From Saccostrea echinata (lineage: Eukaryota), in contig NW_026889753.1 in assembly GCF_033153115.1 (NCBI RefSeq), positions 1,860,001 to 1,924,000 on the forward strand: a stretch of DNA of 64,000 nt, in the 5' to 3' direction. The notes beneath the pieces were generated by a model. The model had not been told where the DNA came from. It ran no database searches and worked only from the letters and a program-made list of their open reading frames with translations. The translations under genes were made by a program, and so were the position numbers. Below are positions 61,057 to 64,000 of this stretch, in pieces (positions within the stretch are counted from its first letter, which is position 1; every line of letters starts with the position of its first letter).

Positions 61057-63630
61057 TCAGTAGAGCTGTTTGACTTTCTCCACTGAAGTGTTCCAGCTAT
61101 CCACCCATCTCTGCTCGGCCTGCATCTGTTTCTGTTTCTCACTGTCAATCCATTTCAGAGTCTTCTCAAATTCTGCTTTATAATCCTGTGTCATTGAATA
61201 GAAAATATTTTACATTTTCAACAGTGAAATACTGTGATTTATTTATTGAATAAAAGTGATATTCTCTCACACTGTGAAAGGACACCAAAATGATATTCTG
61301 TCACAATGTAAAAGGATATCAAAGCGAGTAAAAAGTAATTTCTGGTCTGTAATAAGATAGAGATACTACCATCTTGATAGAGACCGAAACTTGCCAATTT
61401 CTTCCCAAATATGTTGCTAAAATCCATGTTACAGTATTTTCAATCTTACTACTGCTAACCTATGACGTCTCAACAATGACGTCACAGCCTATGGCACTGC
61501 GTTAAAAAAAGACAGAGGCAAAGGGAAAATCAAAGAAAATGTAATAAACAGAAAATTCAGTGTTTTGTAGATGGATATGGAATTTATTTCACTCGTGAGA
61601 CAGGATTTTTTTTTTATATTTTCACTCATGCTTCGCACTCATGAAAATATTCAAAAATTCCTGTCCCACTTGTAAAATCAAATCCATATCAAACTACAAA
61701 CATTGAAAATCCCCTATTTATCATTGTATAATATAGAGAAACAGATTTTGAGCATTTTATACATACTGCTAGACGTATATGCACAAGCCAAAGAAGTGAT
61801 AAAAATGGAAAATGGTCAGATGATACTGTTGGACAAGACAGGGGAAAACATAGGAAATTTTCAAGAGCCTTTACATTTTTCACAAAAAAGAGGTTGGGGA
61901 ATGTATCCATATTCTGCTAAGTTTTGACTCAACTCCAAAAAATGACAGGTTGGATTGATTTAAAGTATGATATACCACTTAATGTCCGTTTGATGAAGCA
62001 AAGTAAACATGATGCCAGCATTTTATAATTACCTGATATGCAGTGTCCCTGGCTGTAGTGGTAGCACTATGACCAAGAGTTGTTTTGGCAGTAGTTACTG
62101 AGGCTGTTAAGGTGACCTTGCTGGGAGATTCTCCAATCACCAGCTCATTACTAGCGATACCTACAGCAAACATTAAAACATCAATTTCATTTCATTAATG
62201 GAATTTTTTTTAATAAGATTAACTATAAAGTTCACTGCAGCTACCAACCTTGCCAGGTATTTTTGCCCCTCGGTAGGGCCCCTTTATCCTCATCATCCTC
62301 CAATGGAAGTCCAGCATTCTTCCTTCTGATTAATTCACTGGTTGGATACCTTGTTGGATCAACACCTGTTTATTTAAGAGGTAACTTTTAAGATTTTATA
62401 GACTACAAAGGAAAAAATTTCACAAGATCGCTACATCATAATCAACGAAATAACCAGGTATGTCTTTGTAGAATTTTTAATGCTTACGTCCTTTGATGAC
62501 ATCATCAACAACCAGTAAGTTATCGTACTGCAGTAACTGATGCTCTGAAGTTCTGGCCAGCATATCTATAAAGGTCTGGGCATGGGACAAAGCTGAATTC
62601 TATAACAAAAACAGTGAAACTGTATAATTTCAAAACAATCTTCCTATGTAAAAAAAAAAAAAAAATAATAATAATGAAAAACCTACTTTAAAATAACACA
62701 AATAAAACTTATTGTTAGTCTGTTTTACTCCAATTTTGACATTTTGTGGTTTAAACTTGGAAAGTTCATCATTTTACATAAGTGTAAAAGTACAAAAGAA
62801 TGCTCTACTTAACAAATTCCTAAAAAACATGGCTGCTAATGAATAGAACAAACCTGTAGGTCCTTGGTGTGTTTCTCTACAGCAGCCACGTAATCCTTAT
62901 GCCTCCCCTCCTCTTTCTCACAAAGGGCCTTAAGGGAATCTTCAGCATGGGGGTGCCCCAGGGTGGGTCGTAGAAGATGGGAATGCTCTTGTTGATGCTG
63001 CTCCAGCTCCACCAGTTTGTGAGAAAACTCATCCGTCATCCTCTTCCTCTCTGCTACAGACTTCTGCAGCTCTTCTTTGAGGATGTCTTTGATAAGGAGA
63101 CCAGGAACATGGGCCACTGAACGCTCCAGCTGGGTCAGCTGATTCCTAAATTCTGAAGTCCAAAAACAAATTTTTCAGTACACTTTACATGTTTATGTGT
63201 ATATCATAACATATGTATTGCTACACCTACCAAAGTAAAATTAATTTCAGGATGCAAGAATTCATCAATGCAATGACATGATGCAGAGTTTGTTAACCCT
63301 CTGTAAATAGAGGCATCCATTCAAACTTGACAAAAATATCTACAATAATCTCCAACTTTTTAGAATTAAAGTACATGTACATAATACAATTGCTCAATTC
63401 AAAGTGAACTTTTGCACCCTGAGAAGAGTTACTTCCCTGCAATACTGACAACACAGCAGTGATATGAGGTGTTACATGTACGTACCTTGTAGACACTGGT
63501 TGTGATATTCATCTGACTGAGTGTAATAAGACTGTAACTTCTGTACTATGACATCAGCACAGGCCTCAAATGTCTCCTGCAGGGCCTGGGGCCGAGTCAC
63601 GGGGCGATTCCCTTTAGATCTATAGTACAT
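61057..63630 (-). CDS. CCDC180: 3' portion of coiled-coil domain-containing protein 180 (gene continues beyond the window)
   Basis: Exons (minus) 63630-63486, 63152-62854, 62599-62488, 62365-62249, 62160-62033, 61185-61057. RPVTRPQ..ETFEAC, LRPTLGHP, SVTTAKTTLGH..ARD, QRW.DSW..SV.KVKQLY* match the CCDC180 C-terminus as I recall it. Confidence 0.85.
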
Positions 63631-63868
63631 CTATATCAACAATGAATTCACATTCATGAAAAAATCCAGTAATGCGACAAATGTTCAATGAAAAAAATCT
63701 ACAATCATTACAAAAAAAGTAATTGAATTCCTTTCAGTCATGAATGCATTCATTTTTTTTAAAAAATAAAATCACATAATATGGTAGATTTGAGGTTTTG
63801 CAGACTTTTTATAAAATTCTTTAAAGCTCGGGCAATATAGAAACTATGAAACAAATAAAGCTATTAAC

Positions 63869-64000
63869 TAGGGATGTCAACGAATATTCGAGTACTCGAC
63901 TATCGTTCGGTCATACCGACTATCGACTAAAATTTCTTTAGTCGGTTATTCGTTAAAAATGTGTTAGCTAATAGTAATTTTAAATTCAAGGTAATTAACT
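63869..64000. mobile_element. Left end of a probable hAT-type MITE (cut by window edge)
   Basis: TAGGGATGTCAACG terminus followed by repeated CGACTA/TCGA subterminal motifs. Confidence 0.45.

Overview
AT-rich, intron-containing animal genomic DNA. The repeat content resembles that of oysters and other bivalves (my recognition, not a database result). I rebuilt eight protein-coding genes by reading GT-AG exons. On the minus strand: uricase (7 coding exons, ~302 aa), PIG-C (7 exons), HSD17B8 (8 exons), an intronless SGT1/SUGT1, and the 3' part of CCDC180. On the plus strand: a STING/TMEM173 homolog with a frame break in exon 1, CFAP157 (10 exons) and 1-Cys peroxiredoxin Prdx6 (6 exons). A ~17-kb gene-free interval (14-31 kb) holds nested MITEs, two tRNA-SINEs with target-site duplications (TSDs), a dead CR1-type LINE and tiny hairpin elements with 9-bp TSDs. 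Main observations: (1) in two adjacent genes the 3' splice site itself is tandemly amplified, 9 in-frame copies in CFAP157 and 3 out-of-frame copies in HSD17B8; (2) the STING gene has a frameshift or a cryptic mini-intron; (3) the SGT1 and Prdx6 start codons are only 72 bp apart; (4) several human orthologs fall in MHC paralogous regions; (5) Prdx6 lacks the PLA2 serine.
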